Shown here piece by piece: positions 9,858 to 17,959 of a stretch of 64,000 bases of DNA. Origin of the DNA: an uncultured Candidatus Saccharibacteria bacterium (lineage in GTDB: Bacteria; Patescibacteriota; Saccharimonadia; Saccharimonadales; Saccharimonadaceae); contig CAUVUB010000001.1 in NCBI GenBank assembly GCA_963555045.1, forward strand, positions 186,927 to 250,926, read 5' to 3'. A program made the translations under genes and the position numbers. Position 1 is the first letter of the stretch, and every line of letters starts with the position of its first letter. Under the pieces are notes generated by a model. It saw only the letters and a list, made by a program, of their open reading frames with translations, made no database searches and had not been told where the DNA came from.

Positions 9858-10456
9858 TTTCCTTTCGTTGTGTCGCTAATGGAGGGCATTCCCGCAAATA
9901 TATCTGCTTTGGAGAGCCCCGCATATAACAGGCCAAACGCTAACTCTACGATAAATGTTACAACAACCAGGAGGCTCGCTATAGCAGGTACAGCAGATAT
10001 TATCAGAAATATTATTGTTACTATTTCTGGGTAGCCAGCCTGCATGACAACTAGTGCGTAGCATAGGTCAAACAGAACCCAGGCGGGCACTAGCAGCATG
10101 AAGATGTGATTCTTAGCCCAAGTATATAGCTCAAGCCCGTCATCATCAACATACAGCTCGCCGTCACCAAAAAAACGTTGAGCGGTAGCCTTAGCTAAAG
10201 GTACAATGACCACAATACATAGGCCGCTGAGTAGTACAAACAGACCCAGGGCACTGTGGGTGAGCATAGACCAAAAGACAAGCGCGGGTTTGGCTAGTCC
10301 AAGCAATAAGGCAATGGTTGCTATGATTGCTGTGTTCTTGGGCTTCTGCCAGTTGTCTCGTTCTTCGATTTTCCTTAGGCCATTTTTGAGATCCTCTACC
10401 GTATAAAAAGACTCATCTTCGCCCCAGTCGTCTGGTATACCTGGCATTATCGACAT
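9854..10456 (-). CDS. Polytopic membrane protein, about 200 aa
   Basis: The ATG at 10456 lies 5 nt after the conserved AAAGGTGA box. The product has an acidic N-terminus followed by 4-5 hydrophobic helices. The ORF-track N-terminal extension translates the leader. Confidence 0.65.
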   Translation of the reverse strand: MSIMPGIPDDWGEDESFYTVEDLKNGLRKIEERDNWQKPKNTAIIATIALLLGLAKPALVFWSMLTHSALGLFVLLSGLCIVVIVPLAKATAQRFFGDGELYVDDDGLELYTWAKNHIFMLLVPAWVLFDLCYALVVMQAGYPEIVTIIFLIISAVPAIASLLVVVTFIVELAFGLLYAGLSKADIFAGMPSISDTTKGK

Positions 10457-10461
10457 GCCGT

Positions 10462-10485
10462 TCACCTTTCTCTCTCTTGTCAATG
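10462..10485 (-). promoter_or_regulatory. Conserved 24-nt SD-containing leader box, copy A
   Basis: Identical at 24 of 24 positions to 11536-11559. The minus strand reads CATTGACAAGAGAGAGAAAGGTGA. Confidence 0.8.
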
Positions 10486-10637
10486 AACAAATACGCTGCG
10501 TAACCATGGAGCGGTGCGTCTCCCGAGGTGGCTGGCGTTAGACCAACCACCTTGGGGGACACGCTGTCACCACTTGGCAACATAATTACACAGAACGGTC
10601 TTATAGACTACTCGCAAGCAGCCTATAAGATAACTTT

Positions 10638-10666
10638 ATTATATCGTAGTATAGACGTGACGTCAA
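10638..10666 (-). promoter_or_regulatory. Consensus sigma70 promoter for the 10456 to 9474 operon
   Basis: Minus strand reads TTGACG (10661-10666), 17 nt, TATAAT (10638-10643). This implies a leader of about 175 nt. Confidence 0.7.
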
Positions 10667-10686
10667 AAATAGGTGGATAGTGTGCA

Positions 10687-10740
10687 ATAAAAAACGCCTT
10701 CCACCGATGAAAATGATGTAACCATTTTCATAAGTGGAAG
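10687..10740 (-). terminator. Nested-loop terminator of the orphan transcription unit
   Basis: Outer stem CTTCCAC/GTGGAAG (10698-10704 / 10734-10740) encloses the inner hairpin ATGAAAATG/CATTTTCAT. On the minus strand it is followed by GCGTTTTTTATT. Confidence 0.7.
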
Positions 10741-11066
10741 ACGGACAGAATAACCCACAATGTAATCTTCCCTGCAAACGCAGGGTGGATACAGTGGTTG
10801 GCTGTGGCTCATTCTGCGCGTCTTTTTATTTTTGTGTCTTCGTAAAACTATGGATTGCCCAGATGGGCGCTACGAAAAACCAGACCAGGTCATGGCTTAT
10901 CCCTTCTCTTCATTACAATTCTCAAAGAATCAAAATCACCGGGTACCGTTTACTGGATACGCATCGAGCACATAATTAGCCTCCTAAATATAGAAAGTAG
11001 GATAGTGAGTTATTCTGTCAAGGAGCGCGCTACCTGCTGAGCCGAGGCTCTAAGCGATGTAGCACA
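10687..11066 (-). ncRNA. Orphan transcription unit of about 380 nt: candidate sRNA or micropeptide mRNA
   Basis: It is bounded by a consensus promoter (11073-11101) and a terminator (10687-10740). The only SD-preceded ORF is 7 codons (MCSMRIQ). Confidence 0.4.
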
Positions 11067-11072
11067 TTTAAA

Positions 11073-11101
11073 AGTATAAGATATAGTTGACACTTCGTCA
11101 A
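11073..11101 (-). promoter_or_regulatory. Consensus sigma70 promoter of the orphan unit
   Basis: Minus strand reads TTGACG (11096-11101), 17 nt, TATACT (11073-11078). Confidence 0.7.
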
Positions 11102-11114
11102 TAGTAATTAGCAA

Positions 11115-11224
11115 AGGAAAGCCCCCTCTTCTCATTACGAAAAGAGGGGGCGCCATGCAAGAAATGCCTGAGGCGGCAACGCGAACCTTTCCTTGCTTAG
11201 GGAACGCTCTAGCGGAGAAAGGTG
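11115..11224 (-). repeat. Copy 2 of the 110-nt direct repeat
   Basis: About 92 percent identical to 9015-9125, with the hairpin at 11121-11130 / 11142-11151. It starts 7 nt after the stop of the 11231 gene. Confidence 0.9.
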
Positions 11225-11230
11225 GCGGTA

Positions 11231-11530
11231 TTAATCCTCATACATAGGTAGCCCCAACTTAAGCCTATCTAGTGCATTCATGTTCCTTGCTTGTTTGGCT
11301 AACTTATGACTAGGCCGCATGTACATAATGTACCCGACACACAACGCAATAAATATTGCTACAAAGATAGCCACCCAGAAATTGTGCTGGGTAAATGAAT
11401 TTGGTAAAAATACTACCGCTTCTAGTACTGTGAGCACAATAACATAATAGTATGCATAGTAGTAATACTTCTCATTATAGTCTGGATGAACCATTGGTAG
11501 ACTTTTTTGTGAACCAGTATCAGTGGTCAA
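11231..11530 (-). CDS. Small membrane protein, about 100 aa, Tyr-rich N-terminus, two TM helices; probable TTG start
   Basis: The TTG at 11530 lies 5 nt after the conserved AAAGGTGA box, the same geometry as the 10456 gene. The ORF-track extension translates the leader. Confidence 0.6.
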   Translation of the reverse strand: MTTDTGSQKSLPMVHPDYNEKYYYYAYYYVIVLTVLEAVVFLPNSFTQHNFWVAIFVAIFIALCVGYIMYMRPSHKLAKQARNMNALDRLKLGLPMYED

Positions 11531-11535
11531 TGTGA

Positions 11536-11559
11536 TCACCTTTCTCTCTCTTGTCAATG
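11536..11559 (-). promoter_or_regulatory. Conserved 24-nt SD-containing leader box, copy B
   Basis: Identical to 10462-10485. Confidence 0.8.
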
Positions 11560-11692
11560 GGCGAAGTGTATAGTGTGAAATAAGATACCTTCGGGGCAAT
11601 TAGGTAGCTAACTACCCCGAAGGTATTTGCCACTTATACACGAAGGTATGTACGGCTATCGAAAAAAATCGACTGCTATATATACCACCTTT

Positions 11693-11721
11693 ATTATAGT
11701 ATGTGATTGTCGGTGTGTCAA
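11693..11721 (-). promoter_or_regulatory. Consensus sigma70 promoter for the 11530 gene
   Basis: Minus strand reads TTGACA (11716-11721), 17 nt, TATAAT (11693-11698). This implies a leader of about 155 nt. Confidence 0.7.
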
Positions 11722-11750
11722 AACCACGAGGTACGCACAATAAAAGAGGG

Positions 11751-14700
11751 CTATGCTGCTGGATAGCGGGCGATGAGCTCATCTTCAAAGGCGATAACAG
11801 AGGCTAGCGTGGCTTTGGCGTGTTCTGGTTGGGCGAAATCTGCCGCAAAAATAGCCTGCCATACTGCTTGAATAAGCGCCTTGCCTCGAGCTAGCTCCTC
11901 TTCGGTGAACTGCGTTGCAAGCGAGGCAAATTCCCCTTCTGGTGTTTGTCGCACAAAGCGCAGCTGTGCTTGCTGCACGGTAAAACCGTGGTAGTCGCGT
12001 GAACTGCCGGCAAGTAACGTGTAGAACAGCAGCTGGCGGCGGTAGGCGTGGAGCTTAAGGGCGTTGTGGTTTTTGCCACCCTTCCAAGCGGTGACGGGCT
12101 TACCCGTTTTGTAGTCAGTGATGATTAGTGTTTTATGCTTGGCATCGATATCGACAGCGTCTAGGGTGCCGGTAAGGCGCGCATCACCAATATAACATTG
12201 CTGGTGCGCAAAACTGAGTTCGGTTTTTTGGTGCGGCGTAAACGTTGTTTCTAGGTGAGGTAAAAATGTGCTCAATTCTGCCTGGCCTTGCGCGAGTAGC
12301 GTTTCGAGCTCTTCGCCGCGCAACGGACTGCGCTGCAGCGTGGCTGTAAAGAAATGCAAACTTTCCGCTAGTGGTTGCGGCGTGCCGTGCGCTACGAAAT
12401 ACGTGTGAGCTTGCTTGATCGTGGCGTGCACTGCGGTGCCGTATTCGGCTGCAGCGTGCCAGCGGCGTGGAAAACCGAGCAGATTATATAGCAAAAAGTC
12501 AGCCGGTCCACCACGAGAAATATCGAGGTAGGTGTTGAGCGCCGTTGCGGAAAGCGCAAAATGATCAAGGCGGTATTGTAAAAATTCACGCATAGTAGGT
12601 TGTGGCAATTGCACGATTGGTGCATACCAAGCTTGCATGTCTGCCTGCAGCGCGCTGGAAGGTTGCTGCGAGTTTGAACTAATTAGTTGTTCTTCAAGCG
12701 AAGTGGCTGTCAAAAAGGCTGCTGGGCTGAGGTCTTTCCCGGTAAGTGATTGCTGGCTATAGGTGATAAGTAGGTCTTGCTTGGCCCTCGTCATGCCCAC
12801 AAAGAAGAGGCGGACCCATTCTTCCGGCGTGCCGTCGTTATCACGGATTGGGACATTTGGTGGCAGCGGCAGCTTTGAGCCACCACCTGCGGCGCGCCCC
12901 CACGTGGTATTGTCTGCCGAAATGATAATGACGTGGTCGAACTCGAGCCCCTTTGACTTGTGTGCACTGAGCAGCTGCACGCCGGTAACGTCTCCGGCTG
13001 CTGAGACGCGTTGCAAAGATAGGCCGGCGGCGCGGTATGCCCGAGCAAACGAAAGCAGCGAGGCTAGTGTGGCAGTTTCATTGCCAGCGTAGGTTTTGGC
13101 AGATTCTCGAATGGTGCGCAAGCCAGCAATATGTGCGGCTAATTCTTCTGGTTGTGATGTACCAGCAAAGAAATAGTGATGCAGCGGCGATGAAAAATCA
13201 GCCAGCTTAGGCGCGCTAACAGGGGATAGGTCTTCTGGTGTGCCGAGCAGCGCATCGATGGTCAGCTCTAGCGGGGTGTGTAAGCTAGCCGTTGCTAGCT
13301 CGAGCAGCCAGGTTCGAAATGGCGCAAAAATTGGTTCACCAGCCATAGCCTCAATCCACGGCTGTTTATTTTGATAGGCGTGGCGTGCCAGCTGCCAAAT
13401 TGACTCTGGGGTGAATAGCGGCCTCCAGGCTGGGTGGGTGATGATTTGGCTCAGGTATTCATCGGCTGCGGGTAGATTGCCGCTAGCGATCGCCTGCAGG
13501 GTTTCGCCCAAAAGCAGTAACTGCTGGATTGGCTCTTGCTCGAGCACATTATCGCGTCGTTCATAGCGAACGCGGATCTGCTTGGCAGCAAGATACGGCA
13601 GTAGCGCCTTCAATTGCTTATGGTGCCGGCCGATAACAGCAATATCACTTGGTGACGTGCCCTTTGTAAGCAGGTCTGCAATACGCTCAGCCACAGCTGT
13701 ATATTCTGCCCCTTCGTCTGGGTAGGCATGAAGGGCAACCTGCGCCCCCTGCTCTGGGCGGTGTGGTGTTAGCTGCTTGTTGATACCGTGGTGCGTAGCC
13801 TCCAGGCGTTCACTGTTTTGAGTGATAACCTCCCTGGCGTGAGCTAAAATTGGCGCTGCCGAGCGATAATTGTCGGTCAGTGTAATAATTTGCGCTGAAG
13901 GATAGAGCGATTCAAACGACAAAATATTACTAATATCAGCCCCCTGGAAGCTATAAATTGCCTGGTCGTCATCGCCCACCGCCATGATATTTGGTCGTCC
14001 TTCGTGCAATGGGCTGCTGGTGAGTGCCTGCAAAATACGCATTTGAGCTGGGTTGGTGTCCTGGAATTCATCTACCAAAATATAGTGATACTGCTCTTCC
14101 AGGTTGTAGCGTAGCTCTGGATTGGTGGCAAGCGCCTGCACGACATCTAAAATCATATCGTCAAAGTCAAAGTGGCGCGCGGCTTGCATAGCAGTAAGAT
14201 AGCCGGCATACACCTCTGCCAGCTCGCGCAGATTTGGCAATTGGCGGGCCTGCTTAAAGACGAAATCACCTGCTGCATTTTTTTCTAGCCATTTGTTTTT
14301 AAAGGCCGTGATTGCAGTAGTTTTGCCACTTTCTTCATACGCGTGTAGCGCGCGCAGGATATCATTGTGCAGCAGCGTGCCGAGTGGCACCCCGCCAATA
14401 GCTTGGCTAGCTGGCCCTGGCTTTTGTAGATTTTGTGCCTGTTCGGTGAATAGATCGTATAGCGCGGTGGCTGTTTTTTTGCTTATTCTTCCTGCAAACA
14501 CCTGTGTAAATGCTGGCTGATATGTATCAAAAAATTGTTCATTTTCATCGAGGACAGCGACTAGTTCGGCAGGGCTAACTCCAGAACGTTTGAGTTGGCT
14601 AATTCGCTGCAAGACAGGGTGCAGATAGATAAATTCGCCCTGAGGCCCCTTAGCTCGCAGGCCAGCATCGTGTGGCAAATGTTTCAGCAAATCTTCAAGC

Positions 14701-15065
14701 AGCTGTTGCCGCACGAGGTCGTCGGCTACGGTCATGTCGGCGCCTTTGTAGAAAAATTGGCTATATTGGTTAATAATTTCACTGCCAAAACTGTGAAAGG
14801 TATGAATGGCAACATTATAGGCATCTTTGCCGATAATGCTACTTAGGCGGCGGCGCATGGCAGTGGCGCCACTGTCGGTAAAGGTTAAACATAAAATTGA
14901 CTCAGGTAGTGTGTCGGTTTTGCGCAAGATATTTGCGACACGCATACTGAGGAGTTCTGTTTTGCCGGTGCCCGGCCCAGCCACCACGAGCACGGGCCCA
15001 TCGATGGTGTCAACTGCTTGTTTTTGAGCTACGTTTAACGCTGCATAACGAGATGAAAATGTCAT
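11751..15065 (-). CDS. UvrD/PcrA-type superfamily 1 helicase fused to a C-terminal PD-(D/E)XK RecB-like nuclease (AddA/RecB-like)
   Basis: Walker A AGPGTGKT, helicase motifs (DEFQDTN, VGDDDQAIYSFQGA) and the C-terminal nuclease motif ITDYKTGK. The start was moved to the ATG at 15065, which has a -10 box 6 nt upstream. Confidence 0.85.
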   Translation of the reverse strand: MTFSSRYAALNVAQKQAVDTIDGPVLVVAGPGTGKTELLSMRVANILRKTDTLPESILCLTFTDSGATAMRRRLSSIIGKDAYNVAIHTFHSFGSEIINQYSQFFYKGADMTVADDLVRQQLLEDLLKHLPHDAGLRAKGPQGEFIYLHPVLQRISQLKRSGVSPAELVAVLDENEQFFDTYQPAFTQVFAGRISKKTATALYDLFTEQAQNLQKPGPASQAIGGVPLGTLLHNDILRALHAYEESGKTTAITAFKNKWLEKNAAGDFVFKQARQLPNLRELAEVYAGYLTAMQAARHFDFDDMILDVVQALATNPELRYNLEEQYHYILVDEFQDTNPAQMRILQALTSSPLHEGRPNIMAVGDDDQAIYSFQGADISNILSFESLYPSAQIITLTDNYRSAAPILAHAREVITQNSERLEATHHGINKQLTPHRPEQGAQVALHAYPDEGAEYTAVAERIADLLTKGTSPSDIAVIGRHHKQLKALLPYLAAKQIRVRYERRDNVLEQEPIQQLLLLGETLQAIASGNLPAADEYLSQIITHPAWRPLFTPESIWQLARHAYQNKQPWIEAMAGEPIFAPFRTWLLELATASLHTPLELTIDALLGTPEDLSPVSAPKLADFSSPLHHYFFAGTSQPEELAAHIAGLRTIRESAKTYAGNETATLASLLSFARAYRAAGLSLQRVSAAGDVTGVQLLSAHKSKGLEFDHVIIISADNTTWGRAAGGGSKLPLPPNVPIRDNDGTPEEWVRLFFVGMTRAKQDLLITYSQQSLTGKDLSPAAFLTATSLEEQLISSNSQQPSSALQADMQAWYAPIVQLPQPTMREFLQYRLDHFALSATALNTYLDISRGGPADFLLYNLLGFPRRWHAAAEYGTAVHATIKQAHTYFVAHGTPQPLAESLHFFTATLQRSPLRGEELETLLAQGQAELSTFLPHLETTFTPHQKTELSFAHQQCYIGDARLTGTLDAVDIDAKHKTLIITDYKTGKPVTAWKGGKNHNALKLHAYRRQLLFYTLLAGSSRDYHGFTVQQAQLRFVRQTPEGEFASLATQFTEEELARGKALIQAVWQAIFAADFAQPEHAKATLASVIAFEDELIARYPAA

Positions 15066-15153
15066 ATGTATAGTATAGCGCATCTGGCGCTGCTTTGCTT
15101 GACTGCTACGCGTGCGGCTAGATTTTACCATAAGCGTATTGTAAAATAGTGGC

Positions 15154-15690
15154 ATGAGTGATGGTCTTTTTAGCCCGAGTACACTAGCCAAGCAAGTCGC
15201 TGGGTACTTTGGGGTGGAAATGAGTATCGAGCGGATTATTGCGAATACGATTAGTGTCAGCCGAACCGCCAAGGCGACTGTGTTTACCAATGCGCACAAA
15301 GAATTATACGTGTTTATCGCTGGTCCAACGCACCTAACCTATGCCGATATGCGCAAGATGGTGCTGCATATGAATTTGGTGCCGGCTGATGCGCTGCCTC
15401 CTGCCGGGCAGGCTGATTATTTCGAGCAGTATGGTGAAGCTCGGTTTCAAGAGGTTTTTCCGGGGCGCAGTTCAGTGTCGCCAGCGGATATTCGCTACTA
15501 TAAAACATTGGCGCCATACAACCCTGCCTTATGGCGAATTGATGAGGTACGCGATGGTGAAATTTACGAATGGGATCCAGACTCATCGACGAGCTGGCGG
15601 CTAGCAGTAAAGTATTTTTACCAGCATGGCTTGACGCGAGATAGCGTTGTTATCCCTCATCGTAATGCAGTAAGCCGCAAAAATAAGTAG
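15154..15690 (+). CDS. Hypothetical protein, 178 aa
   Basis: Clean ORF divergent from the helicase gene. No motif recognised. Confidence 0.55.
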   Translation: MSDGLFSPSTLAKQVAGYFGVEMSIERIIANTISVSRTAKATVFTNAHKELYVFIAGPTHLTYADMRKMVLHMNLVPADALPPAGQADYFEQYGEARFQEVFPGRSSVSPADIRYYKTLAPYNPALWRIDEVRDGEIYEWDPDSSTSWRLAVKYFYQHGLTRDSVVIPHRNAVSRKNK

Positions 15691-15713
15691 CGCCGCTGTA
15701 TTTTAGCGGCGCT
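15689..15713. terminator. Hairpin between convergent genes, possibly a bidirectional terminator
   Basis: 9-bp stem AGCGCCGCT/AGCGGCGCT (15689-15697 / 15705-15713) with the loop GTATTTT. Confidence 0.6.
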
Positions 15714-15751
15714 TGTCTTGCGGTGCTGCATTAGTGCAGCTGTTATTTATG

Positions 15752-17071
15752 TTACGAAATCGTATCAAGCACCACGAGGTGTTCAATATGAGGCGTGCGC
15801 GGAAAATAATTGTACCCCTGGTGAGCGCGAATGCCGTAGCGCTCGCTCAGGCGCATAACGTCTCGCGCTTGAGTGACTGGGTTGCACGAAAGGTAAATAA
15901 TACGCTTTGGCTTGCTGGCTAGCAGTTGCCGCACCACATCCTCATGAAGCCCTGCTCGCGGTGGATCGACGATTACTGTCGCCTCTGGGGTGATCACATC
16001 TAGCGCCTGTTCACTGGCGGCTAGTATGGCACGAACACTCTGTTGCCGACCAAGCTGCACGATATTAGCTTGCATTTCTTGCACGGCAGCCTCGTTTATC
16101 TCCACTAGCGTGAGCGGTCGGCCCCCTGCCACGCTCAGCCCAATAGTGCCGACGCCGCTGTACAGATCAACGACCGGTGTATCTTCCGGCAGCCAACTGG
16201 CAATGTCACGCAGCGTGCGTTCATACAGCGGCAAGTTTATTTGGAAAAAGCTTTCGGTAGCGTAGCGATACGTAACGCCCAGCAGCGAATCAGTCAAAGG
16301 AGCCGGCGTAACAGACAAGCGGCGGGTGATAACACTAGCTGGAGATTTAGGATTAGAATAGATAATTTCTCCCTGCACGCTATCAGTTTGCCACTGCTTC
16401 GGCAGCGCCGCAAAGAAGTCGGCTACTGGAAAGCTCTCGTCTTTTACATACAGCTGCCACCTGGCTTCACCTACTCTGTTGGTGCGGATGAGTAGCGTTT
16501 TTAGCGCTCTTCCGCCAATGCCTAGCTGGTTAAGCACTTGTACGACCGCTGCTCCTAGCTGATTAGTTAAATCATTTGCGAGACTTGTGCCTTGTACGGG
16601 GATTTTTCCATGACTACCCCGACGGAAAAATGCTAGGTCAAGCCGCTCAGATGCTGTATCAAACCAAAAACTAAACTCCACTTTATTGCGGTAGCCATAC
16701 ATGTTGCCGTCACTATAGACTGTAATGGGTTTTGGCAATACGATGTCGTGTAGTTCAAAAGCCTCTTCTAATAGCGCCGCTTTGTAGTGGGCTTCAGCTT
16801 CTGGCGACATAATTTGCCATGGGCTGGTAGATATATAACTTTCAGGATCTTGTGGCGTCGTGCGCTCTGGGCTTGCCTTGTGAACTGCGGTGACTATTCC
16901 TTCGCTGTAGTGCGACTTGCGTTTTGTCTCTTGCGCATCAACGATTTCTCCAGGCAGTGCGCCCCATAGGAATAATTTGCGGCCATCTGGCAATGTGGCC
17001 AATGTTTGGCCGCCACCTATGACTACTTCTGTCTGGATATCGGTAAATACACGCTGTTTTTTCTTGCTCAT
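15752..17071 (-). CDS. 23S rRNA (uracil-C5)-methyltransferase, RlmD/RumA/TrmA family
   Basis: N-terminal TRAM-like segment, a SAM-binding block (VVDLYSGVGTIGL) and the C-terminal motif DPPRAG...YLSCNP. The start is set at the ATG at 17071. Confidence 0.85.
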   Translation of the reverse strand: MSKKKQRVFTDIQTEVVIGGGQTLATLPDGRKLFLWGALPGEIVDAQETKRKSHYSEGIVTAVHKASPERTTPQDPESYISTSPWQIMSPEAEAHYKAALLEEAFELHDIVLPKPITVYSDGNMYGYRNKVEFSFWFDTASERLDLAFFRRGSHGKIPVQGTSLANDLTNQLGAAVVQVLNQLGIGGRALKTLLIRTNRVGEARWQLYVKDESFPVADFFAALPKQWQTDSVQGEIIYSNPKSPASVITRRLSVTPAPLTDSLLGVTYRYATESFFQINLPLYERTLRDIASWLPEDTPVVDLYSGVGTIGLSVAGGRPLTLVEINEAAVQEMQANIVQLGRQQSVRAILAASEQALDVITPEATVIVDPPRAGLHEDVVRQLLASKPKRIIYLSCNPVTQARDVMRLSERYGIRAHQGYNYFPRTPHIEHLVVLDTIS

Positions 17072-17182
17072 ATGATGTAAGTATAGCAAATATACTGGGG
17101 CACCATAAAGAAAAAAGCCCGAGTACTTCAGGCAAGCAGCTTTCTTGTCTCAAGCGGCTCGAGCCTTTTTCTTCGGGGGTAC

Positions 17183-17758
17183 CTACAGCGAGGTAGTATC
17201 GTTGATTGCTTGGTTTATGAAGACAATGTCTTCAGGCTTAGCGTTCTCTATCTCCGATTCAGATTGGAAGATTTTGTATTTGTCATCAATATCATGACAG
17301 CTACCAATAAAACGCTGCTTTACTATTTCGTAAAGCACATCATCCATAGCTGAGGAATTGTTCATGATGACGATATACGGAGTGTCTCTAAACTTATACA
17401 TCACGCCGAGTGGTACGCGGCGCAGTGTATTGGTTTCATCATCTTTTTCAAGGCCAACCAGTATGATAACTCGGCGCGCTAGTGCTAGCTCATCTTCCTC
17501 TATCAGCTTTTCTGAACCTGGGTAGCCAAGCTCTAGGGGAGGCACGGTATTTTGTGCAATAGTAGCCAGGTATGCGTTGTCGATCGAATCGATATTATCG
17601 GTTTCATGCCCGAATTCTGTGTTGGTGATACACCACGAAGGGAACGCCCCGACAGACATAGTGCCTGTACGTATAGTGTGATGCTCTGCTGAAATGATAT
17701 CAGGAGTAGCCTCAACCGTTAGCTTAGGCTCCGCAGCGCGTCCTATGCGATTACTCAC
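17183..17758 (-). CDS. Hypothetical protein (island P1), about 191 aa; GTG start inferred
   Basis: The SD-like GGAAAGAAGG lies 7 nt before the GTG at 17758. No motif recognised. Confidence 0.5.
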   Translation of the reverse strand: MSNRIGRAAEPKLTVEATPDIISAEHHTIRTGTMSVGAFPSWCITNTEFGHETDNIDSIDNAYLATIAQNTVPPLELGYPGSEKLIEEDELALARRVIILVGLEKDDETNTLRRVPLGVMYKFRDTPYIVIMNNSSAMDDVLYEIVKQRFIGSCHDIDDKYKIFQSESEIENAKPEDIVFINQAINDTTSL

Positions 17759-17824
17759 AGTAAAACCTTCTTTCCTATCTCGTCTGTGTAGGTGCAATAT
17801 CTTTGTGACAAAGACACTTCCTAT

Positions 17825-17853
17825 AATATATCATAATTTATACGCAATGTAAA
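17825..17853 (-). promoter_or_regulatory. Promoter for island gene P1
   Basis: Minus strand reads TTTACA (17848-17853), 17 nt, TATATT (17825-17830). Confidence 0.55.
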
Positions 17854-17934
17854 ACAAAAAGAAAGAAGGCCCCTGTAAAAGAGACGAGCTAACTCGATGA
17901 GCTATACTCAAAGCCTTCTTTTTTGTGGGGCCTT
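17850..17934 (-). terminator. Nested-loop terminator after island gene P2
   Basis: Outer stem AAGGCCCC/GGGGCCTT (17866-17873 / 17927-17934) with a loop of about 50 nt. On the minus strand it is followed by TTCTTTCTTTTTGTTTT. Confidence 0.55.
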
Positions 17935-17959
17935 TACGCTGAAAGGCGGATGAATGCGA

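Noticed and set aside
10734-11040. Plus-strand ORFs of 81 aa and 61 aa
   Set aside because: They have no SD or promoter. They lie antisense to a unit with a consensus promoter and terminator on the other strand, and their sequences are Cys/Arg-rich and junk-like.
15066-15299. ORF-track N-terminal extensions, such as the helicase from 15299, rlmD from 17089, the P-loop gene from 52212, mscS from 56589, and the glycosyltransferase from 56665
   Set aside because: The extensions overlap promoters or divergent genes and have junk-like composition. Conserved N-terminal motifs begin at internal ATGs that have proper SD or leaderless-promoter geometry.
17090-17182. Search for a direct repeat of the tRNA-Gln 3' end (an att site) at the far edge of the island
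   Set aside because: Only a 6-nt match (CTGGGG) was found. There is no integrase or recombinase in or near the island, so a classic integrated element is not supported.
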